In this document: in pieces, positions 62,167 to 64,000 of the stretch
Numbering within the stretch: the first letter of the stretch is position 1
Layout: each line of letters begins with the position of its first letter
Translations under genes and position numbers: made by a program
Notes under the pieces: model-generated
Databases searched by the model: none
Seen by the model: only the letters and a program-made list of their open reading frames with translations
What the model was told of the DNA's origin: nothing
Source: Anolis carolinensis
Lineage: Eukaryota
Length of the DNA: 64,000 nt
NCBI RefSeq assembly: GCF_035594765.1
Contig: NC_085844.1
Coordinates: forward strand, 209,204,107 to 209,268,106
Reading direction: 5' to 3'

Positions 62167-64000
62167 CTAGCTGTGCCCGGCCACGCGTTGCTGTGGCGAA
62201 GTATGGTGGTCTGGGAAATAAAGTATTGAGGAATTGGTGGTAGTTAAGGTCAAGGGTAAAGGTTTTCCCCAGACATTAAGTCCAGTCGTGTCTTACTCTG
62301 GGGGTTGGTGCTCATCTCCATTTCTAAGCCGAAGAGCCGGCGTTGTCCGTAGACTCCTCCAAGGTCATGTGGGATGACTACATGGAGCGGCGTTACCTTC
62401 CCGCCGGAGCAGTACCTATTGATGCACTCACATTTGCATGTTTTCGAACTTCTGGGTTGGCAGAAGCTGGAGCTAACAGTGGGGGCTCTCTCCGCTCCCC
62501 CAATTCAAACCTGTGGCCTTTCATTCCAGAAGTTCAGCAGCTCAGCGCTTTAACACGCTGCGCCATCAGGGGATATTATTTCCTAAAGGTTGTGAATATA
62601 CAATATTTCTGATTGGTTTTTTTTGTTTGTTGGAGGCAAGTATGAATGCTGCAATTAGGAAAAATGATTAGGATGTAATGGCCTTGCAGCTTTAAAGCCT
62701 GGCTGTTTCCTCCCTGAGTGAATTTTTTGTTGGGAGGTGTTAGCTGGCCCTGATTGTTTCCTGTCTGGAATTCCCTTGTTTTCAGAGTGGTGTTGTTTGC
62801 GATATTTTATGTGCTTCTACTGTCTGTGGCCCTGAGAAAACAGAGGATTTGCCAGACTTTGATGATGGGAATACTTTGTTGGGAGGTGTTAGCTGGCCCT
62901 GATTGTTTCCTGTGTGGAATACCCTTGTTTTCAGAGTGATGTTGTTTGCGATATTTTATGTGCTTCTACTGGCTGTGGCCCTGAGAAAACAGGATTTGCC
63001 AGACTTTGATGATGGGAATACTTTGTTGGGAGGTGTTAGCTGGACCTGATTGTTTCCTGTGTGGAATTCCCCTGTTTATTCACTGTCCTGGTTTTAGAGA
63101 TTATATTGTTCTGCATTATTCTATCCCAGTAATTATTTCATATTAAAGAAGAATCTCACTTATCCAACATTCGCTTATACAATGTTCTGGATTATCCAAC
63201 GCAGTCTGCCTTTTCATAATCAATGTTTTTGTAGTCAGTGTTTTAAATTCATTGTGATATTTTAGTGGTAAATTTGTAAATACAGTACAGTAGAGTCTCA
63301 CTTATCCAACATAAACGGGCCGGCAGAACGTTGGATAAGCGAATATGTTGGATAATGAGGAATTAAGGATAACCCTATTAAACATCAAATTAAGTTATGA
63401 TTTTACAAATTAAGCACCAAAACATCATGTTAGACAACAAATTTGTCAGAAAAAGTAGTTCAGTACACAGTAATGCTATATAGTAATTACTGTATTTATG
63501 AATTTAGCACCAAAATATCACGATATACTGAAAACATTGACTACAAAAATGCGTTGGATAATCCAGAACGTTGGATAAGCGAGTGTTGGATAAGTGAGAC
63601 TCTACTGTAAATACTACATAGCATTACTGCGCATGGAACTACTTTTTCTGTCAAATTTGTTGTATAATATGATGTTTTGGTTCTTAATTTGTATAACGAT
63701 TACCTAATTTGATATTTAATTGGCTTTTCCTGAATCCCTTCTTATTATCCAACATATTCACTTATCCTGCCGGCCTGTTTACGTTGGATAAGTGAGACTC
63801 TACTGTATATTTCTAATCTTATATTATCTGCTCAGAACTGGATTATCTGAGGCCCCTTCTTCACAGCTGTATAAAATGCACACTGAAGTGGATTATATGG
63901 CAGTGTGGAGTCAAGATAATCCAGTGCAGAGCAGAAAATATAAGATTATAAATGGGTTATATAGCTGTGTGGAAGGGCCTTGAGTCTACACTGCCATATA
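62167..64000 (-). mobile_element. Non-autonomous Helitron, copy 2 (its 5' end lies beyond the window)
   Basis: Same A|CTAG end and identical hairpin; collinear and highly similar to 34967-36375. Confidence 0.85.

Noticed and set aside
62720-63075. Spaced direct repeats superficially like a CRISPR array
   Set aside because: The 'spacers' are near-identical (147-149-bp tandem units), the context is eukaryotic, and there are no cas genes.

Overview
Vertebrate genomic DNA, most likely a squamate (Anolis-type lizard), inferred from the repeats: Sauria SINE, Anolis SINE2-like, Penelope, L2, CR1, L1 and SPIN-like hAT MITEs. Hand-splicing recovers the block known from human 1p13.2: PTPN22 first coding exon (-), BCL2L15/Bfk (-, 4 exons, 156 aa), AP4B1 (-, 10 coding exons, 739 aa), a shared bidirectional CpG promoter, DCLRE1B/Apollo (+, 4 coding exons, 563 aa), and a CpG island with a non-coding first exon assigned to HIPK1 by synteny only. 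The most striking non-genic structure is a non-autonomous Helitron present twice (34967-36691; 62167 to beyond the window end). Copy 1 has intact TC...hairpin-CTAG termini at an A|T site, and its interior is a mosaic of captured pieces of other TE families plus an RFX X-box palindrome. Other points of interest: a frameshifted chromovirus chromodomain with PPT and LTR, a recursive-splice-like AG|GTGAGT at DCLRE1B coding exon 2, and a tandem acceptor that rewrites the putative caspase-cleavage loop of Bfk. No tools were used; family names and human comparisons are from memory and need database confirmation.
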